Source: Diplonema japonicum (Eukaryota > Protista > Euglenozoa: Diplonemea). Taken from it: DNA of 64,000 nt. The notes under the pieces were generated by a model that made no database searches, had not been told where the DNA came from, and saw nothing but the letters and a program-made list of their open reading frames with translations. Shown in pieces: positions 38,001-49,632 of the stretch. The position numbers were made by a program, and so were the translations under genes. The stretch covers positions 62,001 through 126,000 of the forward strand of contig OZ025758.1 in assembly GCA_964019335.1 (NCBI GenBank), in the 5' to 3' direction. Every line of letters begins with the position of its first letter. Position 1 is the stretch's first letter.

Positions 38001-41000
38001 TGCGTCGACGGAGGCGGGCACGTGCAGGTCCAGTCGCTCAGCGTCGTCGTGTCCGGGTCGTGGCAGGTCTGTCCCTTGTCGCTGCAGGTCGTCTTCGCGC
38101 AGGTCGGGCAGGTCTGCACCACGCACTCGTCGAGCTGGCAGACCGCCGCGTTGGCCACCGCCATCCCCTTGTACGGGTCCCTGCAGGTGCAGGTCCAGTC
38201 GTTCAGGCTCGTCGTCGTCGGGTTCGGGTCGTTGCAGTCCTGGTTCGCGTCGCTGCAGGTCGTCCTCGCGCACGTCGGGCAGGTCTGCACCACGCACTCG
38301 TCGAGCTCGCACTGCGCGGCGAACTTTCCGGGGCTTCCGCCCCCGACCCGCACCGCCGGCGGCACGCAGTCGCAGTGCCAGTCGTCCTTGCACGGTGCGG
38401 GGTTCGGGTCCACGCACTTCTGGTTCTTCGCCCCGCAGGTCAGGGCCCCCACGTTCCCGGGGGCGCACTGGTCGTGCTGGCACGCCCCGCTGGCCGCGTC
38501 CCACTGGCACTTCGGGTCCGATCGGCACATCTGCTCGTCGTACACGGGGTCCCCCGTGTTGAACTCGCAGTCGCACTTCGGGTCCGGCGCGTTCGTGCAG
38601 ATGCTCCCGTTCACCCAGGTGCACTTGTTGTTGGGGTCCGCTCGGCAAGCCGAGTCGCTGCAGTGCATCAGGCACGGGCTGTTCAGGCACACCGCCCCGA
38701 CGTCCGACCACGAGCAGCCGGGGTCCTTCTTGCAGGTCCCCTGCGTCTTGTAGTCCGGGCACGGGAGGTGGTATCCGCTCGAGGGCTGCGGAGGGTTCTT
38801 CACGATGAGGTGTCCCCACGGGCCGTTCGGGTCGCAGATCCCCCTCATCAGGTCGGGGACCTCGTCGATCATCACGTTCTTGAAGTGGTCGTCGTGCGGG
38901 TCCGAGGTGATCGGCTTCAGCGTCGCCTCCGCGTCCCAGTCCGCCTTCGTGTGCTGCACCGCCTTCCGCACCACGATACCGAAGGTCTGCACCCCCTCGC
39001 GGTCCAGCTCCGCCCTCGCCCCCGACAGGGAGTTCGGGTCGTAGATCTTTCCGTCCGTGAAGATGAACAGGACCCTCTGTCTCCCGTCCACGGGGGACTC
39101 GTGGAAGATGTCGGCCGCCATGCTCAGACCCATCTCAATCATCGTTCCCTCTCCCATGTAGTTGTCCTCGTGCCAGTCGATGTCGTCCTCCAGCTCCGGG
39201 AGCACCCCGGACAGCCTCCCCGCCGTCCCCTTCCCCCACGGGGTCTTCCTCGCCTCGCTCCTCCTCCTGTTTCGTCCGGAGAACTGCACCATCCCGACCC
39301 TCACCCCGCCGTTCCCTTGCTTGCTGTTGATCCCCACCGTCGCCGGTTCCCCGTTCAACGGCAGCGTTCGGATCCAGTCCCGCATCATCTCCATCAGCGC
39401 ATCGAACCCGTGCGGGTGGTTCCCGAACCTCGCGGCCATCGACCCGCTCCCGTCCAGCACCAGCACGATGTCCAGGGTCGGGCACTCCCCGAACTGGATC
39501 GTCACGCACCCGCCCGCTCCCGTCGTCCCCGCTCCGGGCTTCCAGTAGCACTTCGAGTGCTGGTTGCAGGGGCACATGTTCGGGAACTTGCTGCAGTCGA
39601 GGTCCGTGCAGTGCGCGGGGTTCGCCGTCGCGTCCCACATGCAGTCGCTCTGGGTGTCGCACTTCTTCTGCGTCTTGATCGCCGGACACTTCTTCACCGC
39701 GCAGAGCGCGGGGCTCGCCGCCGGGTCCCACTTGCACAGCGGGTCCTTGTCGCAGCAGCGCTCCGTTCGGAACTGCGCGCACTGCCTGTCCTTGCACGAG
39801 GACAGCGCGGGGTCCCACACGCAGTGCACGTCCGCCGTGCAGGTCGAGCGCGACCCGATCGTGTCGCACCCCTTCTGCATGCACTGCAGGTTCGTCGTGC
39901 TCCCGCACAGCGGGTAGTCCCACTTGCAGTTCGGGTCCGCCAAGCAGGTCGACTGGAACGCCGACGAGCAAGGACTCACGACGCAGATGCTGTTCCCGCC
40001 GCCGTTCGGGTTCGGGACCCACGAGCACCCGTTCTGGTCGGCGTTGCAGTCCGCTTGGTTCTTGTTCGGCGTGCACGGCGGCGACACACACTTCCCCGTC
40101 TTGTCCCAGGTGCACAGGTCCGGCGAGCTCAGGCACGACGTCCTGTCCGTGTACGCGCACTTCGTGTCCTTCCAGCACTCCTGCCCGTTCCAGGTGCACA
40201 GGTTCGTGAGGTCCTTCACGCACGAGGTCTTGTCGCAGTGCGCCATGCACGGCGAGTCCTTGCACTCGAACCCTGCGGGGTGCCACTCGCACCCGGGGTC
40301 CACCGAGCAGGTGTGCGGGTCGTTGTAGTTCCTGCAGGGCTGGTGCTTCCCGCCCTGGGTCTGCGTCCCGCCGCCGCCGCCGGTCTTCTTCGCCAGTGCC
40401 GCCACCAGGTGTCCCCACTTCCCGTTCGGGTCGCAGATGTCGCCCAGCACGGACCCCGGGACCTCGTCCAGCATGAGGTTCTGGAAGTGGTCGTCGTGCG
40501 GGTCCGAGGTGATCGGCTTCAGCGTCGCCTCCGCGTCCCAGTCCGCCTTCGTGTGCTGCTGCTGCTTCCTCAGCACGATACCGAAGGTCTGCACGTCCTC
40601 CTGGTCCAGCACCCGCCTCGCCGGGGCCAGCTTGTTCGGGTCGTAGATCTTCCCGTCCGTGAAGATGATGAGGACCCTGGGACGGACGGCGTGCTGGTGC
40701 GAGGCGTCGAACATGTCCCCGACCATCACCAGACCCTTCTCAATCATGGTCCCCTCTCCCATGTAGTTTCTCTCGTGCCAGTCCAGGTCCCTGTTGATCT
40801 CCCTCAGGTCTCCCGAGAGGTGGCCCCCGGTTCCGACCCCGCCGGGGGTCTGGATCGCCTCGCTTCTTCCCCTGCGCCTCCTCCAGGGGTTCTGTCCGGA
40901 GAACTGCACGAAGCCGAGTCGGAGCCCCCCCGATGCGGGACCGGGTCCCGTGTTCGTCCCCGCCGGCTCCCCGGTCAGGGGAAGCGTTCGCACCCAGTCC

Positions 41001-44000
41001 CTCAGGATCTCGATCAACCCGTAGAAGCCGTGCGGGTGGTTCCCGAACCAGGCGTCCATCGACCCGGACCCGTCCAGCAGCATCACCACGTCCATCGTGG
41101 GGCACCCCCCGAACTTCTGGTCCGTGCACTTGTTGTGCTGCGCGTCCCAGTAGCAGTCCGGGTGCGCCCTGCACGGGCACTTTGCCAGCTTGCTGCAGTC
41201 CTCCTCCACGCACAGCAGCTTTCCTGAGTCCCACATGCACTTGCTGTCCGCGTCGCACTGCGTCTTCGTCCCCTGCGACGGGTAGGTCCTCGGGCAGTAC
41301 TTCTCCGTGCACACGGGCGGGAAGGTCGTCACAGACCAGTGGCACGCGTCGTTGTGGTCGCAGCACTTTTCCGTCGGGTACTTCGCGCACAGCCCCAGCT
41401 CGCATGTCAAAGAGCTCGTCCACACGCACCACGAGTCCGCCACGCACCCGGCCTGCGTCTGGTGTCCCGGCTGCGAGCAGCGCTTCGGCACGCACTTCTG
41501 GTCCGACGGGTCCGCGCACACCTCGTCCCACTCGCAGTTCGCGTCCGCCGCGCACGGCGCCTTCGACGGGTAGAAGCACGGCGTCTTCACGCACATCGCC
41601 GTCGGTCGGATCGACGCGTCCCACGTGCACTGCGGGCCCAGGTTGTTGCAGGTCATCCTGTCCGTCGCCTGGCACGGCCCGTCGTAGCACGGCGGGTTCT
41701 TCGACGGGTCCCACGTGCAGCCGCTGTTCCTGCAGTCCGGCGCGTTCGTGTTGTCCGTGCACGCGCTCTTCTCGCACTGCAGGGTCCCGCTGTTGAACTT
41801 GCACTTGTTTGTCGTGTCCGCCACGCAGTCCGTCTCGCTGCAGTGTCGGAAGCACGGGTGGTCCGTGCACGCCGCTGCCAGCCCGCTCCACTCGCAGGTT
41901 TTCCTTGCCTCGCAGTCTGCCGTTCTTTGGATCGTGTTGCAAGCAGGGGAGTGTACCGCCGAGCCGCTACCGCCACCGCCACCTCCGTTGGTTGAGGACC
42001 CGCTCGTGATGAGAGCCCCGAACACACTGTTCGGGTTGCAGAAGTCGTCCAGCACCTGGTGCGCCTCGTCGATCTGCATCATCAGGGCGTGGCTGTCCTC
42101 GGGGGGGGTCACGATCTCCTTCAGAATCTCCAAATTCTGCTGGTCCTTGTTGGTGGGGTTCCCCCTCGACAGCACGATCCCGAAGGTCTGCACCCCCTCG
42201 GCCCGGAGGACCGCTCCTGCAGGGCCCAGAGACCCCTTGTCCTGGATGCGGCCGTCCGTGAAGATCAACAGGATCTTCTTCCTGTAGGAGGGAGACTCCT
42301 TGAAGACCTCCCCCGCAAACTCTTCGGCCTCCTTCACCAGGGTCTGCGACCTGCGGCCCACGCTCTCGTGCCAGTCGATGTCCGCGTGGAGCTGTCCCCT
42401 GTCTCCCGTGAGCTTCCCGCAGTTGTCGGCGGGGCGGTTCATCCCCTGGCGGTTCATCACGCTGTTCGTGGGGATCCCGTCCCCGGTCGTCCCGGGGGCC
42501 GGGACGCACGCGCACGACGGGCACTCCGCGAGACGCACCCCCTTGTCCCACTGGTTGAAGGCGACACGCACCTTTCCGTTCCTGTCCGTGGAGGGGACCC
42601 CGGCTCTCTCGCCCGTCAGGGGCAGCGCCGTCACCCAGTCCCTCAGGGCCTCCATCAACCCGTCGAACCCGTTCGGGTGCGTTCCGAATCGCTTCTTCAT
42701 CGACGACGATCCGTCGAAGGCCACCACCACGTCCAGGTCCGGGCACTGCGTGAAGGTCTGGTCCCTGCACACGGGGTTGCTCGGGTTCGACCTGTCAACC
42801 ACGCACCTCGGGTCCGCCTGGCAGTCACACATCCTGTTCGGCCCCATCGCAGGGTTGTTGTAGGTGTCGCAGAGCTTGTTGACGCACTTGTTGTTCGCCG
42901 TGTCCCAGGTGCACTGGCCCTTCGGGTCCGCGTTGCAGCTTCCGGAATCCTTGAAGGTCTTGAAGCAGTACTTCTCCTTGCACCCGGCGCACCCTGTCGG
43001 GTCCCAGTGGCAGTCCGTGTCCCGGTCGCACGTCGGCTCCGTCGCGTGCTTGTAGCACTTCGACTCCGCACAGCTCGACCCGCTCCACACGCACGCCTCG
43101 TCCGAGATGCACGCGTTCTCCGTGAAGGCTGTTGTGCAGCGCGTCTTCTGGCAGGCTCCGCTCCCCGCGTCCCACGAGCAGCCTGCGGGGCTCCCCTGGC
43201 ACGCTCCCTGCGAGGTCTCGCCGCACACCTTCTTCACGCACTTGTCGGCGTCGCAGTCCCAGTCGCACGACCCGCTCACGTGGTTCAGGCAGTCCAGCTT
43301 GTCGTAGATCGTCCCGCAGTCCGGGGTCTTGTCCTTGCAGGTCTGCGACGCAGGGTCCCACTGGCAGCTCTTGTCCGCGTTGCACGTCCCCTGGCTGAAG
43401 TGCAAGCACGTCTTCGGCACGCACGTCGCCGGCACCTTAGACGTGTCCCACATGCACATCGAGTCCGGGTCGCTCTCGCACCTGTTCTTGTCCGGGTACT
43501 GGCACACCTTCCTCTGGCACCGGTCCACGTCCCAGAAACAGTCGTTCGCGGTGTCCTGCTCGCAGGGTCCCTGGGAGCAGTGCTCCTCGCACTTCGTCGC
43601 CCCGCAGTAGCCGCTCCCCACCGGGTTGTTCGTCCCGAAGGAGCAGCTCACCGCACCCCCGGACAACAGGCAGTTCGAGCAGCTCATCCCGGCCGCCCTC
43701 TGCGCCGACGGGAGCTCCAAACAGTTCAGGTTCCTGCAACCGTTGTTCCCGGGGCAGGACGAAGGGGCGGGGGTCTTCCAGTCGCAAGCCTGGTCCGACC
43801 TGCACTCCAGCTTCACCCCCCACTTGGAGCACGGAACTGCTCCCGACTGCGCGGGAGGGTTCGTCGTTGTGCTCCCACCACCACCACCGTTGTTCTGGAT
43901 CTGAACCTGTTGAGCGATGGCAGCCCCGAACCTCCCAGCAGGGTTGCAGAAGTCGTTGAAAACCTCGTCAAGCATGTCGTCCAGCGGCACGTTCACGAAG

Positions 44001-47000
44001 TGGTCGTCGTGGTCGTCCGAGGTGATCGGCTTCAGGGTCTCCTCCGCCTCGATGTCGGCCTGGGTGTGCTGCCTTCCCTTTCGCACCACCACACCGAAGG
44101 TCACAACCCCTTCCGCGTCCAGCTTCCTTCGGATGGGCGGAATCTCGGTGCTCTTCTGCGGCTCCAAGGGGTTCATCTGCCCGTCCGTGATGATGACGAG
44201 GACGTGCGCGCGGTGCGAGGGAGACCCGTGGAAGATGTCGACCGCGTCCTCCAAAGCTGCCGCCATGTAGGTGAGGGAGCTCATGTGGTTCGTCTCGTGC
44301 CAGTCCAGGTCGTTCTCCAACTCGGACAGGTCGCCCGTGAGCTGGCCGTTGGAGCAGGTGCGGCCCCCCGAGAGGCGCGGCATCGGGCACTGCTTCCGGT
44401 ACTTTCGCCCGTCGCATCCGTCGGCCCCGTTCCTGCACACCCAGTACTCGTTCTCGATGGAGAACTGCACGAAGGCCAGACGGAAGGTTCCCCCCGTCAC
44501 CTTCGAGTTCACCCCGACCGTGTTGTCCTCCCCGGTCAGGGGAAGCGTTCGCATCCAGTCCCGCAGCATCTCCAGCATCCCGTAGTAGCCGTTCGGGTGC
44601 GACCCGAAGCGCGCGTTCATCGACCCGCTCCCGTCCAGCACGAACGCGACGTCGAGGTCTGGGCAGCTCGAGGTCTGCACGTCCTTGCACTTCGGTGCGG
44701 GCGGCGTCACAGACGGGTCCCAGTAGCACTTCTTGTCGGCCGCGCAGTCGCAGTTGTTCGTGTGGTCGGAGCAGCGCGCCGGGTAGCAGTACGGTCCCTT
44801 GTTGTCGCTCCCCGGTCGGCACTCCGGGTCGCTCGTGCAGGCCCCCTGGTCGATCGTCCCCATCGTCGTCGGGTTCGGTCCCAGCCCGGGGTACTTCGTG
44901 TTGTGCTTCGTGGTGCACACGGTCGGTTGGCACGAGGCCGGCGTCGTCCCGGAGCTCCAGTGGCACCTCGGGTCGTGGTCGCACTTCACCTCGTCGTCCC
45001 CGTACTGCGGGCAGTAGTCGGGGACGCACTCGTTCTTCGTCGCGTCCCAGTGGCACAGCCCCGTCTGCCTCCCGCAGTCCGGCTGGTTCAGAGGCTGGCA
45101 GCGGTCCTGCGAGCAGACGCTGCTCGCGGCGTTCCACGAGCAGCTGTCGCAAGCCTTGCAGTCTGCCTGCGTCCTCGCCACCGTGCACTTCTTCTCCACG
45201 CACATCACCCCCGTCCACTCACAGTCGCTGCTCACCGCGCAGCTCCCTGGGGTCGGGTACGGGCACCGCGTGTCCCTGCACACCGAGTTCTCGCAGTCCC
45301 AGGCGCAGTTCGGGTCGCTCTTGCACGCCGCCGCGTCCGTCGTCGCCGTGCACGTCGCGACCGGCTTGCACACCGGCGGGTCCACCGCCGTGTCCCACTG
45401 GCAGTCTGCGTTCGGCGCCTTCAAACACTTCTCCCGCACGAAGATCGCTCCGCAGGGCTTCGGGTCGCACTTGGTCCCGTCCCACTTGCACAGGAGGTCC
45501 GGGTCGTTCACGCAGGCCTGCTGGTCCGTGTACTCGCACACCTTCCTCACGCACACGTTGTCCGGGGTCTTCCAGTTGCACGTGGGGTCTGCATCGCAGC
45601 AGCTCTTGTCGCAGCACTTCGCGCAGTGGGTCTCCGAGCAGGTCCCTCGGATCGCCGACTTCACCGACGACCCGCAGATGATGGTCGCGCGCTGGAGCTT
45701 GCACTTCTCACAGTCGTACATCCCCTTGTACTGCTGCGGGATCCCCTGGCAGTTCAGCTTCGGGCAGCCGGTCCCCGACGAGCAGCTCGACAGACGCGGG
45801 GTCTGCCACTCGCACACAGGGTCGGCGTTGCACTCGTCCTTGAAACCCCAGGTCGCGCACTGGAAGTGCGTCGCGGTCACCGGAGACACCAGCACCTTTC
45901 CGAACTTCGAGGTCGGGTCGCAGAAGGGTTCCAACACCTCCCCCGGGATCTCGTCCAGCATCAGGTTCATGAAGTGGTCGTCACGCGGCGTGCTCACCAG
46001 CGGCTTCAGCTTCGCCTCCGCGTTGTCGTCCTGGAAGGTGTGGTAGCTGAACCTCCTCATGATGATCCCGAAGACCACAACGTCCTCGTCCCGAAGCTTC
46101 TGCTGCGCGTCGTCCAGAATCCTCGGGTAGCTGGGCTTCCAGCGCGAGTCGCACCCCCTCGGGCACTGCCCGCAGGACGTCCCGGCGCTGCAGGCGTCGC
46201 CGTCGTAGTCCGTCAAACCCCCGTCCGCGATGATGATCACCACGTGCTTCCTGTGCGGCGGGCTCTGCGAGGGGAGGAAGGTGTGGTCCGCCACGTCCAT
46301 GAGGGCGTCGTGGATGTAGGTCCACTGCGACTGGTAGTTCGCCTCGTGCCAGTCGATGTCTCCCATCAGCTCGTTGATGTCTCCGGAAAGGAGACCGTCC
46401 GTGCACTGCCCGACCGCGCAGTTCGTGGGGTGGTCCTCGCTCGGCTTCGCCTCCGCCTTCGAGAACTGGATGAAGGTGAGACGGAAGCCGCCTCCCTTCG
46501 CGCTCGAGCTCGCCCCGACCGTGTGGTCCTCCCCGGTCAGGGGAAGCGTCCTCACCCAGTCCCTCAGGGTCTCCATCAGCCCGTAGAAGCCGTGCGGGTG
46601 GTTCCCGAAGGACCTCGACATCGACCCGGACCCGTCCAGCACGAAGGCCACGTCCAGATCCGGGCAGGTCGAGAAGGTCGTCTTCGAGCAGTGGCCGTTC
46701 GCCCCCGTCTTGTCCACCACCCACGTGCAGGCAGGGTCCTGCACGCAGTCGCACTTCTTCCCGCTGTGCTTGTCGCACCCGGTCAGCACGCACACGTCCG
46801 GCTGCTGCCACGCGCACTTCGTGTTCCCCGCGCACGAACCCTGCGAGGTCAGCGCCCCGCACTCCGTCGGCAGGCAGATCGACGGGCTCGACGTCACGTC
46901 CCAGTGGCACGCCCTGTCTTGGTCGCACCGCAGCTCTCCCAAATGCTTCTGGCACCGGCCCTCCTCGCACTTCGACAGCGGGTCGTTCCACACGCAGAAC

Positions 47001-49033
47001 GGGTCGTTCTCGCACTGCTGCATCGTCACGTGCTGGCACTTCTCCTGCGTGCAGTAGTCGACGAGTGTTGAAGGAGGCCCCGCCGGAGCCGGCGTCGTCA
47101 GCGGCACCCACTTGCACCCGGACTCCTGCAAGCACGTCCCCTCCTTCGTGTGCAGGCAAGCCTTCGGGTTGCACGCGGGCGCCCGCATCACGTCGAACTC
47201 GCACACGTTCAGGAAGCAGTAGTCCGGGTTCCCGGCGGGAGGGCTGCACGGCGCGGGCATCTCCACCGCCACCGCCACGCACGCCTGCTCGTTCGTGTGC
47301 GTCCTGCAAGGGTTCTCCACGCAGGTCGACGGGGTCGCCCACATCACGTTCCACAAACACTTCGAGTCGCTCCTGCAGGACGACGCGTCCGTGTGGCCCG
47401 CGCACCCGGCAGGCTCCCTCCTGCAGTCCGACCCGTCCCACGCGCAACCGGCGCGGGCCAAACACGTCGTCTGCGTGCACAGCACGTAGCACTCCGACAC
47501 CTGACACAGCGGCGTCTTCGAGGTGTCCCAGAAGCAGGCGCTGTCCGCCATGCACGACCCCTCGTCGCCGTTCCCGGAGCACAGGGGCTTGCTCGACGGG
47601 TCGAGGCACCGTCCGGACTCCCACGCGCACTTCGGCGAGGCGGCGAGGCACCTGCACTTCTCCGTCACGTCGCTGCACACAAGCGTCTGGCACTTCTTGT
47701 CCCCGGCGATCTGGGAGTTCCAGTGGCACGGTCCGCCCGTCGTCCTGTCGGCGTTGCAGTCCTGCTCCTCCACGTGCGTCACCGCGCAGTAGTTGTCCAC
47801 GCACTCCGCGGGGCGCTTCCTCGTGTCCCAGTCGCATCCCAGGTCCGCCTCGCAGGTCGGCTCCGTCGGGTACGAGTGGCACCCCCAGTCCACGCACACC
47901 CCGTCCTTCTGAGAGATGTCCCACTTGCACGAGCCGATCGGGAGCTGCGCCTCGCACGCCCCCTGGTTCGTCGCCCCGCCGCACCCGGAGGTCAAGACCT
48001 GCGACCCGTACACGTCGTCCTTGTTCACGCACAGGTCGCCGACACCCCCCCACTCGCACACGTACCCTTCGATGTTCGTGTGGGCGTTCGGGTAGTCGTT
48101 CCACTCGCCGTTCCCGTAGTAGTGTCCGTAGTCCTCACCGGTCGTGTCGCACGTCCCGGGGCAGGTCTTCGAGTACTCGTTCGGCTCTCCGGACTCCCAG
48201 TTCGTGAAGGCTCCCGCTGCAGGTTGGAAGCCCGCGCCCTTCCCGGTCCCGATCAGGGTCCCCTGCCCGCAGTCTGGTCCGGAGCACGGCGTCTTCGTCG
48301 CGGGGAGCGGGTACCCCAGGTCGCAGGCCGAACGCTGGGCCCCCGTCGCCGCCACGTTGTAAGGCGGGCACCCCTCGGGACCCGTCAGCCAGCGCCACTC
48401 CCCCTCCTGCGCCAGATCCCCGCTTCCGATCCACCCCTCGCCGTGCAGCTTCGCCGAGGCCACATCCTGCTCGTCCTGCGAAGTGATGGTGATGAGGTAC
48501 CCCACGAGCCCCAGCACATCCTTCGAGGTGTCCGCGCACTCCGCCTGCGCCTCGTCCCAGTGGCAGTTCCCTGCTGTGTTGCAGTTCACGCTGTTCTTCG
48601 GGTAGTACTCGTAGAAGTTTCCGGTGTGTGTGGAGTACATGGCGTGCCCGAAGTTGTAGGTCAAGCGGCGGGAGGTTCCAGCTCCCGACGTCGACTTGAA
48701 GGTCACAGACGAGATCGCCTGCGCGTACTCGTCGATCGTCGCATCCCCTGACATCTGCAGGATCCCCGTTGTCCTGTCGAAGGTGGGGGTGATCCCGAGC
48801 CCCGCACACGCTCCACAGGTCAGCGTGTCCGCCGCAGGGTCGAACCCATCCTCCACGTCCACCACGGACCCGCTGATCTTCGTCCCACAGCTGCACGCAC
48901 CAGACGTGAAGGTGATGTCCGCACACTTCACGTCAGGGAACGGCGTCATGGGCACTCCCTGGTTGTACGCTGCCCCGAAGCACGAGGCTGCTAGCGACAG
49001 CAGCACCGCAGGGCGGTGCAATGCATGCGCCAT
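9605..49033 (-). CDS. Giant (13,142 aa) single-exon type-I membrane protein with Ig-like, C-type lectin, 18 VWA, ~32 cbEGF-like and many Cys/Trp repeat domains; putative adhesin or surface-coat protein
   Basis: Uninterrupted 39,429-nt ORF with strong G/C third-position bias. Signal peptide MAHALHRPAVLLSLAASCFG. 18 repeats of CPxhDhhhhhDG(S/T/G)xx (MIDAS), most with a later hhhTDG-type strand. Tenascin-type EGF CSGHGSC...CVCDGGWTGADCS. TM AALVLVLWIVVVALIAFLIFALI at ~9737-9805, then a 43-aa charged tail. Confidence 0.95.
13974..14009 (-). repeat. Coding microsatellite (GTT)12 encoding a poly-Thr tract in VWA17
   Basis: Visible directly. Protein reads GKTTTTTTTTTTTTTGVRIG. The same tract length occurs in copy 2 at 59356-59391. 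Confidence 0.95.
28735..29505 (-). other. Internal Ig-like plus degenerate C-type lectin cassette of the giant protein
   Basis: Paralog of the N-terminal cassette: GKDTLECAEC...WSASTGSLVL...VSFKTSS...HYYRYY...TWEKAKQAC...GYLLTVTSPEE...GEGWMG...WTWSTGPEAG...YDNW..GQPS...GEWSS...GYACEWGG. Confidence 0.8.
33197..38476 (-). repeat. Tandem array of ~32 calcium-binding-EGF-like repeats (49-62 aa) in the giant protein
   Basis: Consensus x(V/L)DEC...C...(G)QxCxDP...DWxCxCxPP..G.A....A.C, counted 32 times. Resembles the cbEGF consensus DxDEC...CxD/N...(Y/F)xCxC. Confidence 0.8.
48044..48628 (-). other. N-terminal C-type lectin domain with EPN and WND motifs
   Basis: WDEAQAEC...GYLITITSQDEQ...WIGSGDLAQEGEWRWLTGPE...FTNWESGEPNE...GEWNDYP...GYVCEWGG. 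EPN codons at 48179-48187. Confidence 0.88.
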
Positions 49034-49168
49034 CTTCTCACACGAGTTTTTGCTTTTTGTTTGAACTCCCTTATATCCGGGTGTTCAGTAGTAGTAGCTT
49101 TTGTTGTCTCTCGATGGATATATAGTTTTTTGTGTGTATGGGGGGGGGGGGGGGGGGAGAACCTTTGG

Positions 49169-49436
49169 TGTGTTTGAGTTGTATTGGATAAGCACGTGGG
49201 GAATAAAAAAAAAGCAGAAAAAAGAAAGAAGTGTAGGGATGAAATGAAATGGTTTCAAAAGAGCTTTGGTGTAAAATGAAACAAAATGTTTGAATCTCAT
49301 TTGACATTGGGAGTCAGAGAGAGTGCATGTTGTTTCAATTTTATCAATCGGGGGAAGGGGGTGAGGAGGGCGACCGCAAAGGACAGCACTTGTTCAAAAA
49401 AAAAAAAAAGATAAAAATGAACGAGTGTCATAAAAT
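49169..49436. repeat. Direct repeat copy A (~270 bp), upstream of the giant gene; probable trans-splicing/processing region
   Basis: Near-identical to 52068-52348 (TGTGTTTGAGTTGTATTGGATAAGCACGTG...GAACGAGTGTCATAAAAT) apart from small indels. It reads pyrimidine-rich on the minus strand near its gene-proximal end. Confidence 0.92.
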
Positions 49437-49632
49437 TTACGTGACGAGCAATACTGATGTGGTGATTCTATGCGATGCAAGTAGGGAAAGGTGGCACACA
49501 CAAGGAAATGAAATGAAAACTATTCTTTTAAGGTATGCGTTTTTGCGCTCACTGGCCGCGCTGTGAAAAGAAACAGGTGGCTGAAATGTTGTAAGTGGGA
49601 ACAAACAGAAGAGACGACAACACACTCGCTCT

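Larger units (their letters stand above)
11945..46666 (-). repeat. Array of 18 VWA modules within the giant gene (VWA plus Cys/Trp linker repeats, period mostly ~1.5-1.6 kb)
   Basis: Module starts (CP..D motif) at approximately 46666, 44665, 42746, 41104, 39484, 32230, 30690, 28276, 26680, 25141, 23572, 21985, 20398, 18811, 17266, 15682, 14158 and 12592. Confidence 0.9.

Noticed and set aside
9251-47071. Very long plus-strand ORFs (2004, 853, 1149, 2219, 4233 and 1670 aa; also 55329-60647)
   Set aside because: These are antisense shadows of the GC3-rich giant CDS. The translations are R/L/V/A/P-rich with no domains, and stop codons are scarce for compositional reasons.
10146-48926. Alternative-frame minus-strand ORFs rich in R/G/V
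   Set aside because: Off-frame products of the same codon bias, with no independent coding signal.
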